The position numbers and the translations under genes were made by a program. The notes under the pieces were generated by a model that saw only the letters and a list, made by a program, of their open reading frames with translations, had not been told where the DNA came from and searched no databases. This document shows positions 37,016 to 49,499 of a stretch of 64,000 nucleotides of DNA, in pieces (positions within the stretch are counted from its first letter, which is position 1; every line of letters starts with the position of its first letter). Source of the DNA: Octopus sinensis (taxonomy: Eukaryota); NCBI RefSeq assembly GCF_006345805.1, contig NC_043016.1, forward strand, positions 22,072,001 to 22,136,000, given 5' to 3'.

Positions 37016-37174
37016 GTTCTGGCAACAGGGCTAAGTGGACTGTTTTCTTCTTTGCCACGCAAAATAACAATAACCAATGAAGACTGGTATTGCTTGACCA
37101 TAGAAGACTGCAAAGATATTCCTGATTTGATGCTTTTTCTAAACTCCTTAGAATTTTGCAATGCTGTTTTACAG
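37016..37174 (+). CDS. FHIP1B: FHIP1 coding exon 2 (159 nt)
   Basis: tttctttcttaAG|gttctg...cag|GTaaaa; VLATGLSGLFSSLPRK...LEFCNAVLQ. Confidence 0.95.
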
Positions 37175-37595
37175 GTAAAATCATATATTAATTGTTGAGT
37201 TCTCTGGTTATTTGTGTGTGTGTGTCTGTGCGTGCGGGCATGTGTTTGTGTATGTATGTGTGACTTTTATATGTTTATTTTGTTGTGCAATGATATAAAC
37301 AATAACATGTCCTGTAACAAATGCAATAATACTATTTAGAACTATATGTATTTTTCACATTAAAACATATCACTGAGGCATTGCTTCATTCTCAGATGTC
37401 CTTCCAGACCCTAACCCTTCCCTGTTTTCAAATAAGAAGGGTTTCATACTACACCACTTCAAAAGTACAGAGCTAGTGGATAATTTGTTTACAGTGAATG
37501 ACAACAGATTTCTCACCCTCTGTAGCTCGCTGCTTTTTCATACGAAGTGCAGAATTTAAACATTCAAGCAAGCACTCTCTCACTCACATACACTT

Positions 37596-37630
<35 letters not shown>

Positions 37631-37669
37631 ACACACACACACACACACAATTATATTATTTAAATAAGG

Positions 37670-38490
37670 AGAAGATGGATTTGGTATTAAACTTTATTCT
37701 TTACAATGTTTCTTTCAACCCATCCTGCTATTGTCCTTTATGTGTTGGACTCTGTTCAGCATGTTGCGTTGCATCCATTTTGCAGTCTGGGTCTCATCAG
37801 GTACATCCATAACGTTGTGTCTCGCTAAAGATCTTCAGTATCGGCTGCTATGTTGTTATATGCCTATCTAGTTAGGGAATGAATAAAATGCAAACAAGAC
37901 TACAAAAACACAAAAATTCAAATATGAACATAGAAATCTTGTGTCCTGTTTAGATAAAATGACCCAATCAACTTTCGCTTTCATAAATAATAAAAATAAT
38001 ACTAGACTAACCACAAGCAATAATATAAATAGAACCCATTGGACTGGTACTGGCTGCACACATGCAAACAAAAAAACTGACCAACTATGCTCATGCAGGG
38101 ACCAATTGAAATGTCCTCTGGACAACCAATGCATGACCCGAAATGTGGTGTACAAGTACACCATAGATACTAGAGGAGGCTCCTACATATATATCAGTGT
38201 ATATATATATTTCCAAAATTGGTATTGCAACCACATCATCAACTTTCAAAAAGTCCTTAAACGCTACACAACATTTCATCTGACAACTCAAGGAAGAGAA
38301 GGCAAAATACAACCTGGTCAATAATTATACACATGAGTCCCTATAATACACTATCCCGGAAATGCTAGCTATATTCCAAAGAGTCACTGTCAATATTATT
38401 AACAAAGGGGCAGCTTATAAACAGATTTACTGAATGACTACCCATATGTATGCATACTGCTAAACACATGTTCACACACTACAAAATAAA
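37670..38490 (+). mobile_element. Decayed Neptune-type Penelope-like element (GIY-YIG) with inverted terminal segment
   Basis: CSCRDQLKCPLDNQCMTRNVVY...NHIINF...TWSII..PY.TLSRKC.L..KESLSIL...H.AKH. Confidence 0.7.
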
Positions 38491-38764
38491 TCACACCTCA
38501 CCAACAACTCAAATTAATCTTTACACCCACCATCCCAAGTTAAAACCTCATGAACTGCAACTATGGAACCTACACGAAGGAAGGGCTGCATGTGAATGCT
38601 ACTTGTATTTAGACATGTAACCTTACAATGCAGCTGCATATAAGTAAAATGTACCAACAAATACTAGCAAGCATGAAAGATGGATAGAGAAGTGGACGTG
38701 CATAAATCTAAAAGGGAAGGTAGGCTTGTCTAAATATCTGTGTGTGTGCGTGTACAGATATGCA

Positions 38765-39753
38765 TATATATATATAAAACTGAGAATATGTGTCTGTCTG
38801 TCTGTGTGTTTCCCTAAAACTTGAGAACTACACAACCAATTTCATTCAAATTTTACACATGCCTTACTTAGGGTCCATGTAGTTTCATGGGCAAAAAAAA
38901 TGTTCAACTTCTTGCCTAGAGCGAGCCCATAGCAATATCATATATTCTCCACTATTTCAGTATTACGTGTTAAAAGTGAAACAAAAACGTTTCTCTATTT
39001 TATGTCAGATACTTTCACTTTAACAATAAAAATAATAATAACAATTGAATTATATGTAGTAAGTAATAATTAAAATCAAACTAAAGTAACATGACGAAAG
39101 TAAAAATAGCAATTGGTATAAAATTGCATCAATGATTTGAACTTGAATAAGTGGTTTCACATGAATGGGAATAAATTAAAAATAAGATTAGCGTGCAGAA
39201 ATGGAATAGTCCAGATGGATAATAAAAAATTAAATTAAAGAAAAGACTATTGTCTATAAAGTATACAATGTAGAGAAAAAAGAAGATTTGAACAGATGGT
39301 GGAAAGCACCTTCGAAAAGTGTCTTGGTGTGACTATGAAAGGTATCTAATCAGAGGCGGTAAATTCGCCACAATAGAAGCAAGGTTCGAGTCAACGGAGC
39401 ATGCAAGGGAGTACTCGACTCGAACTTGCAAAGTGGAAATATTTTATTTTTACCTCTATATCTGGGATGTAGGACGTCTCGGAAAAAAAATGCCCCCAAG
39501 AGATAGGCTGAATTGTAGCCACACTTCTATACAAGAGGGAGGACAAGATACAATGGTTCGAAATTACAAGAGACGGGCTAACAATTCCAGTCTGTTATAT
39601 ATTTTGAGTATTGTTATCACTAGCGATATCAAGATATAACTTTGTATTTTGTATTTTATGTGTAGATGTATATATATAGATGTACATGTAATATGTACAC
39701 ATATATACATGCACTAGCACTATGACACGGCAACAACGGGTCTTTAATGCTAG
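38765..39753 (+). mobile_element. Non-autonomous Helitron/Helentron-like (DINE/HINE-type) element
   Basis: 5' tatatataaaactgag...(tgtc)n...aactacacaaccaatttcattcaaatttt; 3' ggcaacaacgggtctttaatgCTAG|t. Confidence 0.65.
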
Positions 39754-39769
39754 TATATAGATATATATA

Positions 39770-40500
39770 TCTCTATATATAAAACTGAAACGAGTTTTTA
39801 CCGCTTGGATCGCTTTCAAGGCCACTACATCCCGTCCGATTGACTCCAAAATTTACAGGGACATGTAAAATGAGGTGACGATGCACGTGGGCTACCTTAG
39901 AAATCCCTATCTTAAAAGGTGTCGTTGCTAGGGCCAAAAACCCACTTTGACAAGTCCACTCCCGTTCTTTAATGTATCTGTCTTCCTCAACTCACTCTCG
40001 CTATTTCCTCTCTTCCCAGCACTTTTTCACTCACTCTATTTCATACATTCTCATTACTTTCACTTCCTCAAACGGCCTTCTTTTATGTATCTGTCTGCAT
40101 TCATAGAGAGAATTACCATCGCCACGACCAACACACAATCATGACAACAAATATTATGTATCTCGCCATCGCATTCTATTGTCTGCCTGTCAACGCGCCG
40201 ATCGAGCAAATACAAACAGAACACACCAACGTGCATTCGTGTTCTGGTGATAACATAGGTTTTTCATATCTATTACATTTTAACATTTATTTAGAACCCT
40301 GCAAATTTTTCGTGCTAATTTTCATTTTTTACTACTTTATTATTTTCTCTTAAATTGATGCTTTTATTAAGATTAATTCTAATTATCTGGGTCAACAGTT
40401 CGTTTCCTCGGAGGATATGGAAATTCCTATTACCCGTCAGAGAAATAACTCCAGCAGCTCACAACTATTTCAACAAAGACAAGGTTACCTGCTTACCAGT
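39770..40500 (+). mobile_element. Second Helitron-like element 5' portion (end uncertain)
   Basis: tctctatatataaaactgaaa...ccgattgactccaaaatttacag; CpG-rich relative to flanks. Confidence 0.45.
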
Positions 40501-40859
40501 CGAATTCAGCGTCAACGCTCACGTATGAGAGACACTCCAACACACACACACACACATATATATACATATATATATATATAATGTGTGCATTATGTGGTCG
40601 GTCGGTTCAGCTGAAAATATGCAGACCTATGTTAAAAGTGCTGGCAAGTTTGCATGACAACTATTTTTTTTCCTCAAATGAAACGCGTGACCTCTAGGAC
40701 AAAATTCCTCATCTTATAAAATGTGGCCCCAGTACACCCGAATGAAATCAGGTTATATTAACCAAAATGTGAAATGGGGTCTAAATGGGGCTGGAAGGGG
40801 ATTAAAATTTAAAGTAGCAGTGTTTAGGAATTCTGTTACATCAAGCTAAAAAATCTGCG

Positions 40860-41125
40860 CCAGCATGGTGGATGCCAGTGTTGGTGGCACGTAAAAAGCA
40901 CCATTTGAATGTGGTCATTGCCGGTGCCACCTGACTGGCTCCCATAATGGCGGCACATAAAAAGCACCCACTACACTCTTGGAGTGGTTGGCATTAGGAA
41001 AGGCATCCAGCTGTAGAAACATTGCTAGATCAAATTAGAGCTTGGTGCAGCTTCCTGGTTTGCCGGTCCTCAGTCAAACTGTCCGACCCATGCCAAAATG
41101 AAAAGTGGATGTTAAATGACGATAA
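40860..41125 (+). mobile_element. SINE/RTE tail family copy
   Basis: ggcacgtaaaaagcacc...ggagtggttggcattaggaaaggcatccagc...gttaaatgacgat. Confidence 0.8.
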
Positions 41126-41989
41126 TATTGATATATATATGTGTGTGTATGCATGCATATATATATATTCATATATACATGTGTGTGTGTACATATATGT
41201 ATATATACATACATGTGTGTGTATGTATGTATGTATACATATATACATATATATAAAGAGAAAGAGAGCAAGAAAAACCATTCATTATGAACACAGATAA
41301 CAGATAATGTTATCCAACATTTATTATCAAATTAGTGTGTCTCAAACTCCTTATTTAAAATTAATTAAAAATTATCTGCCTACTTGAGTCAAAGGCCAGA
41401 TATTTTTATGTTCACTGCTTAATATTATCAGCTAATTATTGTTATCGAAAAAGCTTCATCTCAAATTGATCACAATAGGTAACTTCCATTTTATGTATTT
41501 AATTTACCATTTCCTTTCAATACAGCCAGGATATTTCAACTTTTGATCTTCTTTCTTTGTGGATTATCATAGTCATTTGATTGGAATTATATCTACATGC
41601 ACACACACACACACACACCCACACACACGCATATATATATATATATGTTTTTCAATGGCTGTGGTATGGTGTGGTGTTTGTATTTCTAGCAATTGTAGTT
41701 GGAGGAATGTTATTAATTTGTTTATAGGTTGTTGGTGAGTTAGTGGTGGCCATTTTTAGTTTATTTATTTAGATTTATTTTAAATAAAGAAAGAATAAGA
41801 ATATAATAAGAACAAGAATAATACAAGAAAAATCATAGCAATAACAAAAACAGGAAACAAATGCAGTAAAGAAAGAAGAAAATACATATGACATTGATAA
41901 TAATAAAAACAATAAAAAATGTATAACTAATACTAGTAAAACCATTAATAAACAAACACTAATGATGATGATGATGATGATGATGATGA

Positions 41990-42250
41990 TAGTAATTATT
42001 GCCATACTAGGTGACAAAGAGCTGGAAAAGATGGGGGAAATACAGGTTACTAAAAGATTAAATTACACGGATGTGGGCAATGAAGTGAGTAACTGTCATC
42101 CTAGTAACTGTAGGGACACTTAGAGCACTAACAACCAAGTTTGGGAAATATGTTAGAGAAATTGGACTTCACATGGGGACAGAACATGCCCAAAAAACTG
42201 TTCTATCAGGAACAGTGAGGATTTTGAGATTGATGCTTGGTTGTTAGGTA
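41990..42250 (+). mobile_element. R4/Dong-like element 3' end (restriction-like endonuclease C-terminus)
   Basis: AILGDKE.EK...VTVILVTVGTLRALTTKFGKYVREIG...EHAQKTVLSGTVRILRLML. Confidence 0.7.
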
Positions 42251-42982
42251 TCTTCCATGATACTCGAAATCTACAGCCCATGTCTTATAATTTGCGGATA
42301 GAGACCCTGTGAGACCTTTGACATCTCACAGGTTGCTATCCACGCTCTGGATAAACCCGGGCAAGTAAAATCAAGAGCTCTGAGAAGTAAAATTTAATTT
42401 CGATGATGATGAGGATGAGGATGAGGAGGATAACAGTGATGAAAGCAGCTGTAGTAATAATAAGAAGAAAAGAATATTAGTATTATTATTGTTGATATTT
42501 TTGTACTTTTTCATTTTTTTTATGGATTTGTTTTCATTGTTGTTTCCTTCTTATACAAGCAATGCCAATTACATATTCTTTACACAATATAAAACGCAAA
42601 CTTAATGTTAGTCTGATGAAATGCCACCCCAATATGTTCAACCACACACACACATATAGCATAAATTTCCACACAAAATAATTTACATGCAATGTGGTTA
42701 GAAACAGATTGGTACAGAAACAATTGTAACAAATAATAAAGTTATGTTATATTCATTCTTTGTCTTCTCACTTATATTATGTATTATTTTTCAAAATACT
42801 TAAGCACTGGTCTTAACTGTGAGGTACCTGGAGTTCCTGCTCCAGTGAACTAAAAAATCTTTTGAAGACTCCTGTATAAGTGTGTAGTTAACCAGGGATT
42901 AGTGTTGAATGCTGCATTAGGAATACACCAATTTTTTCCATTTCAGGTATATCAGGACCTATATGTATAAAATGTGTGGGGT

Positions 42983-43206
42983 ATATATATTAAAAGTGAG
43001 GAAGGCTGGTTTATGGGATTACCCTGGGTTTCCTGTCCATAAAGGGTTTAGCTTTATGGCATATCAACAAACCCCAAAACCTGTTGGCCTAAGAACTCAG
43101 GCTAACAGGTTTTGGGGTCTGATGATATGCCATAAAGCTAAACCCTTTATGGATGGAAAACCCAGGGTAATCCCATAAATTGGCCTTCCCCACTTTTAAT
43201 ATATAC
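42983..43206. repeat. Foldback element: ~106-bp inverted arms with an 8-nt loop
   Basis: Arms 42985-43090 and 43099-43206, about 10 mismatches; loop aagaactc. Confidence 0.95.
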
Positions 43207-43504
43207 TGCTCTACATCTTAGAGTGTGTTTCTTCTCCAGATTTATGTTCTCTACAAACTATATGTATGTGTGTGTGTGTGTGTATGTGTGTGTGTGTGTG
43301 TGTGTATGAGTGTGTGTGTGTGTGTGATTGAAACATGCAACCAAACATTTCAATTGTGCTTTCTTAAAAGAGAGTTCAAACCTCAAGACTGCCACAAGAA
43401 AAGAAATATATAATTATGTTACTCTATTGAAACACACTTTTACACACAGTGACATACATGTACCCATATTCTGTGAGTGATTTTCTCATTTTCTATGCTT
43501 CTAG

Positions 43505-43591
43505 ATTGCCCACCCACTGGTACGTGATCAGCTTGTCAAATATATTTATAATGGCTTTCTTGTTCCTGTTCTTGGAGCAGCTTTGCACCAG
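43505..43591 (+). CDS. FHIP1B: FHIP1 coding exon 3 (87 nt)
   Basis: tgcttctAG|attgcc...cag|GTatgt; IAHPLVRDQLVKYIYNGFLVPVLGAALHQ. Too short for the ORF track. Confidence 0.95.
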
Positions 43592-45258
43592 GTATGTATG
43601 TTTTTGTTAAAGCTTTTTAAATCATTTAGCAACATCAAGCTGAAACACTTGCATTGGATTTATTTCATAAAGAGAGACTGATGAAGGAATTCCTAAGTAG
43701 ACTAAAAATATTAGGCAAGACATCACATACAAAGTGCAAGCAAGAGAATGAATTTTGACCATTTCTTTGATGCATTGACCAAGCTAAAGCACATGCATTT
43801 AGACAGAAGGAAATGATAGTCTCTCAATGGACCCATGCGACCATTCATACTTAGCAGCTATCTTAAATGCAGCTGTTTTCAGTCATGCTTTCAGAGACAA
43901 GATACAGCAGCATCAGTTTAACCATAGCTGTTTGACCATAAGTGGTCAAACTGCCATCAACATTCTGCATTATGCTCACGGTCCACAAGCCACTGTTGCA
44001 AAATTTGAAAGAATTGCAATCTATTTCACTCAAACTGGAACACAGAAGAGCCAAATTTTCATACTAGATGAAATTTATGATAGTGTTAGACACATCAGTA
44101 CTCAATTGGAAGAGTAGTAGGTGATAAAAAAAAACAGAAGCACACATTAACCAGAAGTCAGTGGGCTTGTCACTTGGTACCTTGAGAGATATGTCCATAC
44201 AGAGAGTAGCTTCTGCAGCTGGATTGCAAGCCTGGTTAAGGTATTTTCTCTACCTGCAGGTCTGGACAGATCTCTAGGCGGATGAAAATTAAGAAGAGGT
44301 CATAATCAGGGTAACCAGTTTCACTCAGAAAATGACTGACAGAAAACTGTCACAGAAAAATCAGGTGGAGATGGCTAAATCTACACTACTTCTGTGGTAT
44401 GTTATTGCATGACCACCATACTTTCTCTCATGAAACATTTAAATAGTCTAGAACACATACTCTTTCATGTCTTGTGGAAGAGACAGGTCCCAATGATTAG
44501 ACAGTCATTTGCAACCAGCACACACTCCTGAAGTTTTTCAGAATGCCACAACTGGTTAATCACTAGCGCACACATTTAAAAAAATTTCTGTATAACAACA
44601 ATAATTGAATGGTGTGGTTGCTTTTTGTGAGACATGTCTTTCCACCATTTGTCACAATGATTGAGTTTTGAGTCGAGCACAAAGCTTTAACATCTGACAT
44701 CTGAAATGATGATCACTACCACTACTGTTGCTGTCATTATCATTGCCACTGTAGTGGTGGGTTGGCAAAATCATTAGAGCATCAATAAAAGCCTTGCAGT
44801 ATTCTTTCTGACATTTTACATCTCGAGTTCAAATCCTGTTGACATTATCTTCACATTTCGTCCCTCCAGTGAAAGGTGAATAAAATAAAGCACCAGCCAA
44901 ATAGTGGGGTCAATGTAATTAACTTGATCATCATCATTATCATCATCATCGTTTAACCTTCTCTTGAATTTTTAGATTTTGTTACAATTCGTTATCACCA
45001 TTGCCCAATGCTTGCATAGATCAGATGGAATTTTTGGGGTTAGATTTTCTATAGCTAGATATCCAAGTCATTTTTACTTTCAATATTCCATGTTTAGAAA
45101 AATGAAGTACCATTCAGTTACTTGTGGCCACACATAAGTGTGTGACCTTGTTCCTATGGCTTGAAACCATTATATTATAAAATGTCTGTGATGAGTTTTT
45201 ATGAATTAGTATTTTTCAGACTATTAACCTCATCTTTAGAGATGAACAAATTCTTCAG

Positions 45259-45393
45259 TATTTATATCTACACTATGTCTTGATTCATTTCATCTCCAAT
45301 AATTTCCATATATTGTATTTTTGGTTATTTATATCTACACTATGTCTTGATTCATTTCATCTCCAATAATTTCCATATATTGTATTTTTGGTT
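45259..45393. repeat. Perfect 67-bp tandem duplication
   Basis: tatttatatctacac...tatttttggt starts at 45259 and 45326. Confidence 0.92.
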
Positions 45394-45479
45394 GTATACA
45401 TATTACTAGACTGGATTCAAATTTTTGAACCTTTAGTAAACCACTGATGAATCAACAATGAATGTTACAAATACTGAGC

Positions 45480-46150
45480 TAATTGCCAGTCCTGGTATTA
45501 CTAAGATATCTGCAAGCATTATATGTACTTTTTCCAACTGTGGTGCCTATTAGTTATGGAAATTTCATTTTCTAGTGATTTACATTTTCCTACATTCATC
45601 AGTAGCATAATAAATGAAGATGTTATAATTTTTACTTTAGAAATAAAGAACAAATATTAAAGGGGACAATGAGTTCCCCTGGAAAATTCCTCTTTTGATA
45701 TTAACTTACCTTAAGAGTGTGTCACCTGAATAGGAATCTACTTTCCATTTCTTCATGCAAAGCTAATTAATTCTCTTATGTTGTCTGCTATACTGAACAT
45801 ACTTAAACATTCACTTATCCATGAGTGTGGGATCATGTCATAAACTTTCCTATAATCTATCCATGCTATTGTTAGATTTTTATTTCTAGCTTTTACTTCA
45901 TTTAGAACTGCTTTGTCTATATATAATAGATCATACGTTCCTGTAGCCTTCTTCCTGCAACCTTTCTGTTCTTCTGGTAGTAAATTGATTGTCAAGGTAC
46001 TCATAAATGCTTCCTGAAAGCATTCTTAACAGCTTCCACATTAATGGTAAGCAAGTGATTGGTCTATAGTTACTAGCTGTACTACCCTTGCTCTTAATGA
46101 GTATTTTCTTCCCTATAGTCATCCAATCTGATATTATTCCTTCATTAATG
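45480..46150 (-). mobile_element. R4/Dong-like RT fragment (second copy)
   Basis: SNYRPITCLPLMWKLL...LPEEQKGCRKKATGTYDLLYIDKAVL...AWIDYRKVYDMIPHSWISECL. Confidence 0.8.
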
Positions 46151-46747
46151 CTACTGTAAATGTTATCCACTGGGTACAACTCAGACACCTGAAGTTGATA
46201 ACAGCTATGTTGTTCTTAATATTTTGGATGATTATAGCATATCAATTATAAAAATAATAATAAAGTGAACTGGTAGACTCATTAGTGCATCAGGAAAATG
46301 CTTAGCTGCATTTTTTCTGGCTTTATGTTCTGAGTTCAAATTCCACTAAGATTGAGTTTGTCCTCCATCATTTTAGAATCAATAAAATAAGTACTAGTTG
46401 AGCACTGGGGTTGATATTATCAGCTTTCCCTTCCTTCAGAATTGCTGGCTTTGTTCCAAAGTTAGAATGGATTAATATTATTATCATTATTATTACTAAT
46501 GTTAACCACATCATCTCTGTTGTTATTATCCTTATCATCATCATCATCATCATCATTCTTTAAATTCTGTGTTCAAATCCTGCCAAGATTAACTTTGCCT
46601 ACCATTCCTCCAAGGCCAATAAAATAAAGCACATGTACCAGAATCAATTTAATCAAATCACTCCTACTCCTCAAAAATGGCTGGCCTTGTACCTTAAATT
46701 AGAAATTATTAAAATACTGCTAAGGTAATCTCTGCCTTTCGTTCATC

Positions 46748-46857
46748 TGATAAGGGATCAGGGCACTGTACCAAAGGCTTTCTCCATATCAACAAAAGCT
46801 AAGTACAGAGGTTTATCTTTGGCTACGAATTTCTCCTGCAGCTGCCTTACCAAAAAA
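46748..46857 (-). mobile_element. Short RTE RT fragment
   Basis: Near-identical to 50662-50770 (LVRQLQEKFVAKDKPLYLAFVDMEKAF). Confidence 0.75.
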
Positions 46858-47022
46858 TTAAATACCAGCCAATTACTGAGGTCAGTGTAATCCCCTAAAC
46901 TGGCCTTGTGCTTAAATTGGAAACAATTATTATTGTTGTTGTTGTTTTTATTATAAATATTGCGTATTTACATTACATCTTTGCATTCATGTATTCTATA
47001 TATGTTTATGTTTATATATATA

Positions 47023-47066
<44 letters not shown>

Positions 47067-48661
47067 TTTATATATTAATTGTATTTCTTTTCTGAAATGA
47101 CAGGAATTATATTATTTACCAATTATAGTACTTGATTCCCCAGTTTATATGGTCAGTATTGTGTTTTGGAGATTGTTAGTTGCTCAACTAACTAGTCTTC
47201 TATCTACCCATCACTTGTTCATGTTTCTTTACATTAAAACCTGTTTCATTGTCCACAAACCTATAAGCTGACAAAGCAACCTCTATCTGGGGCTTCTTAG
47301 TCTATCAGAAATCTCTTTCAAGTTAGTCCAATGTCTTAACAGAGAAACACCTCAGATAATGTAGTCCATGATTCTCTATGCCTGATTGTAAAAGATGTAC
47401 AGCCCACTCATAACTGGAATTCTTTTGATGGTAGATCTGCATGCTCAAACTGACACTGACTTGACTAATCAAAAATAACATCAACAAGGAAGGACTATAT
47501 GAGATAATATAGTCCTAGCTGGAATAATCATAGTTGGAATGCTTTGATCGTTGATCTGCTGACTCAAAATTAAGCTGGAGCTAAACAAAAACAATAGCTA
47601 TATGAGAGTTGATTACATGTAGTTCTAGGTTCACTATATTTCAAAAATTGACAGAATCATGAGTGGAATACCTCTGATTATAGATTTGCAGATCATAACT
47701 AATATGGAGCTAAACAACAACAGTTATAGCCACTAATACTTACTACTATGTTTTTCATTAGACAATGTAATCCGAGATAAACTATGTCTAAATAAAAGAT
47801 TGGTCACAGCTAGAACATCTTTGATCATAGGTCTGACCTATTTCTAGATAGCAACAACCCACAGATGCACAATTTCCTCTCTCTGCCTAATCTATTGCAA
47901 TACTGCTCATATCAAGAGAGCAGTTTTCTACCCCATCTTCTCTAAACATGAAACTAGAACTTCAAATTCACTACAAAGCCTTACAATCAATGAAGAAGAA
48001 AATTCTTTTGGATGCAATGTAGGATGTATGTTTGGATAACAGCTCTGTCATATATACATGTGACCAATGTTCCAACATAGGCCTATTTGAGCTTTCAAGC
48101 TTCCTAGAAGATCAGCAACTGATGAAGACTGAGGTATTTTGGGATTCTTTTAAATACAGGTCTGAAAGTTGTCTAAAGTAGAGTAAACCTTTTGATGACA
48201 AATTGAACCAATTTTGCCTAAATTATGGTTTTCCATGTCAGGTTAAATATTGATTTTGAATTTCCAGTATCTCCTTAAATGAATTTTAGTACCAAGTTCA
48301 AAAACAGTGAGTGCTCTAGTTTGTATAGCAGAATCTTGGGCGAGTAAGGGACTGTTGATGTAGAATTAGAATAAGCAGAGACAGGAAACAACATATTTTG
48401 AGGGTGCCAATAGTTGATGTGTATTGATAAATGAGTCAATTTGCATCAATGCACAAATGTTTATTGATATCTATTTTTATTACTTTCCCAGTTCAGACCC
48501 ACCCTTTCCATTTTTCTGTCCATCCACCTCCTCTTTTTTAAATCTTTAAACCATTGAATTTGACCAACTTCATTTGATAATTTCCCAAATTTGGTCTTCC
48601 TACCAAATTTTTTAAAATTCTATCCTTCTTTGTTTTTTTCACATCTCTTGTTATTTTAAGA

Positions 48662-48710
<49 letters not shown>

Positions 48711-48885
48711 CACTGTTAAATGTTCTCACATTTCATATAAGTATACATATCCTTCATAATACAGCCATCTTATTACAGAATTTCCAAGCAGCCATTATAA
48801 TAACACCTTACCTCATCCCGTCACAAAAATCCTTGTTTCCATTGTCATCATATACATCCTTTATCATACTTTCATCTCTTTACAG

Positions 48886-49053
48886 AATTCTCGAGAGGAG
48901 GTCATCACAGCAACAGCTTACCTCGACCTCTTCATACGACGGATTACTGAACCAACTTTGATCAAGGCTTTCTTGAGGTTTATCCTTTGTGAGAAGTATG
49001 ATGAAATCATCATACTTGAATCACTAATCACCAGGATAAACAGCAACAGCAAA
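48886..49053 (+). CDS. FHIP1B: FHIP1 coding exon 4 (168 nt)
   Basis: ctctttacAG|aattct...aaa|GTAAGT; NSREEVITATAYLDLFIRRITEPTLIKAFLRFIL...RINSNSK. Confidence 0.95.
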
Positions 49054-49499
49054 GTAAGTGCTTCTTTATTATATGATCCAAATCCTTAAGAAGGTAACAG
49101 AGGTGGTGGTTGTTGAAATAGAGGTTGTAAATATTCATTGCTTTCTTGAGTTGTGATATTGAAATGGTTGTAAAAATGCTTATTGTAGCTGTCTAAAGAT
49201 TACATGTTTTGAACTATTAGAATGGTACATAATAACTTGTTCGTTTGTAATGTTGATATGGGTTGTTACAGTGATCAAGGCCTTTTGCAGTGATCATAAT
49301 AGTAGAATTAATGGTTGTTCTTTAACGACATGCTTAAAAACATTTACCAAAGCTCCACAGAAATGCACTACATTTCACAGTCAGTAAGACTGACAATACA
49401 ACAGAAAGTAGCATCTTCCTTCATTAACACCACATTGTTGCACTGAATACAAATTAAAAATTCCAGCACTTCATGCACAACAGCAAACCTTGTAAATAC

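Noticed and set aside
39379-39429. 13-bp GC-rich hairpin (gcaaggttcgagtc...gactcgaacttgc)
   Set aside because: It lies inside a LINE ORF1-like fragment and has no terminator or RNA-gene context.
43827-44117. 96-aa ORF in intron 3
   Set aside because: No recognisable domain or splice context; adjacent sequence resembles a decayed Tx1-like LINE.
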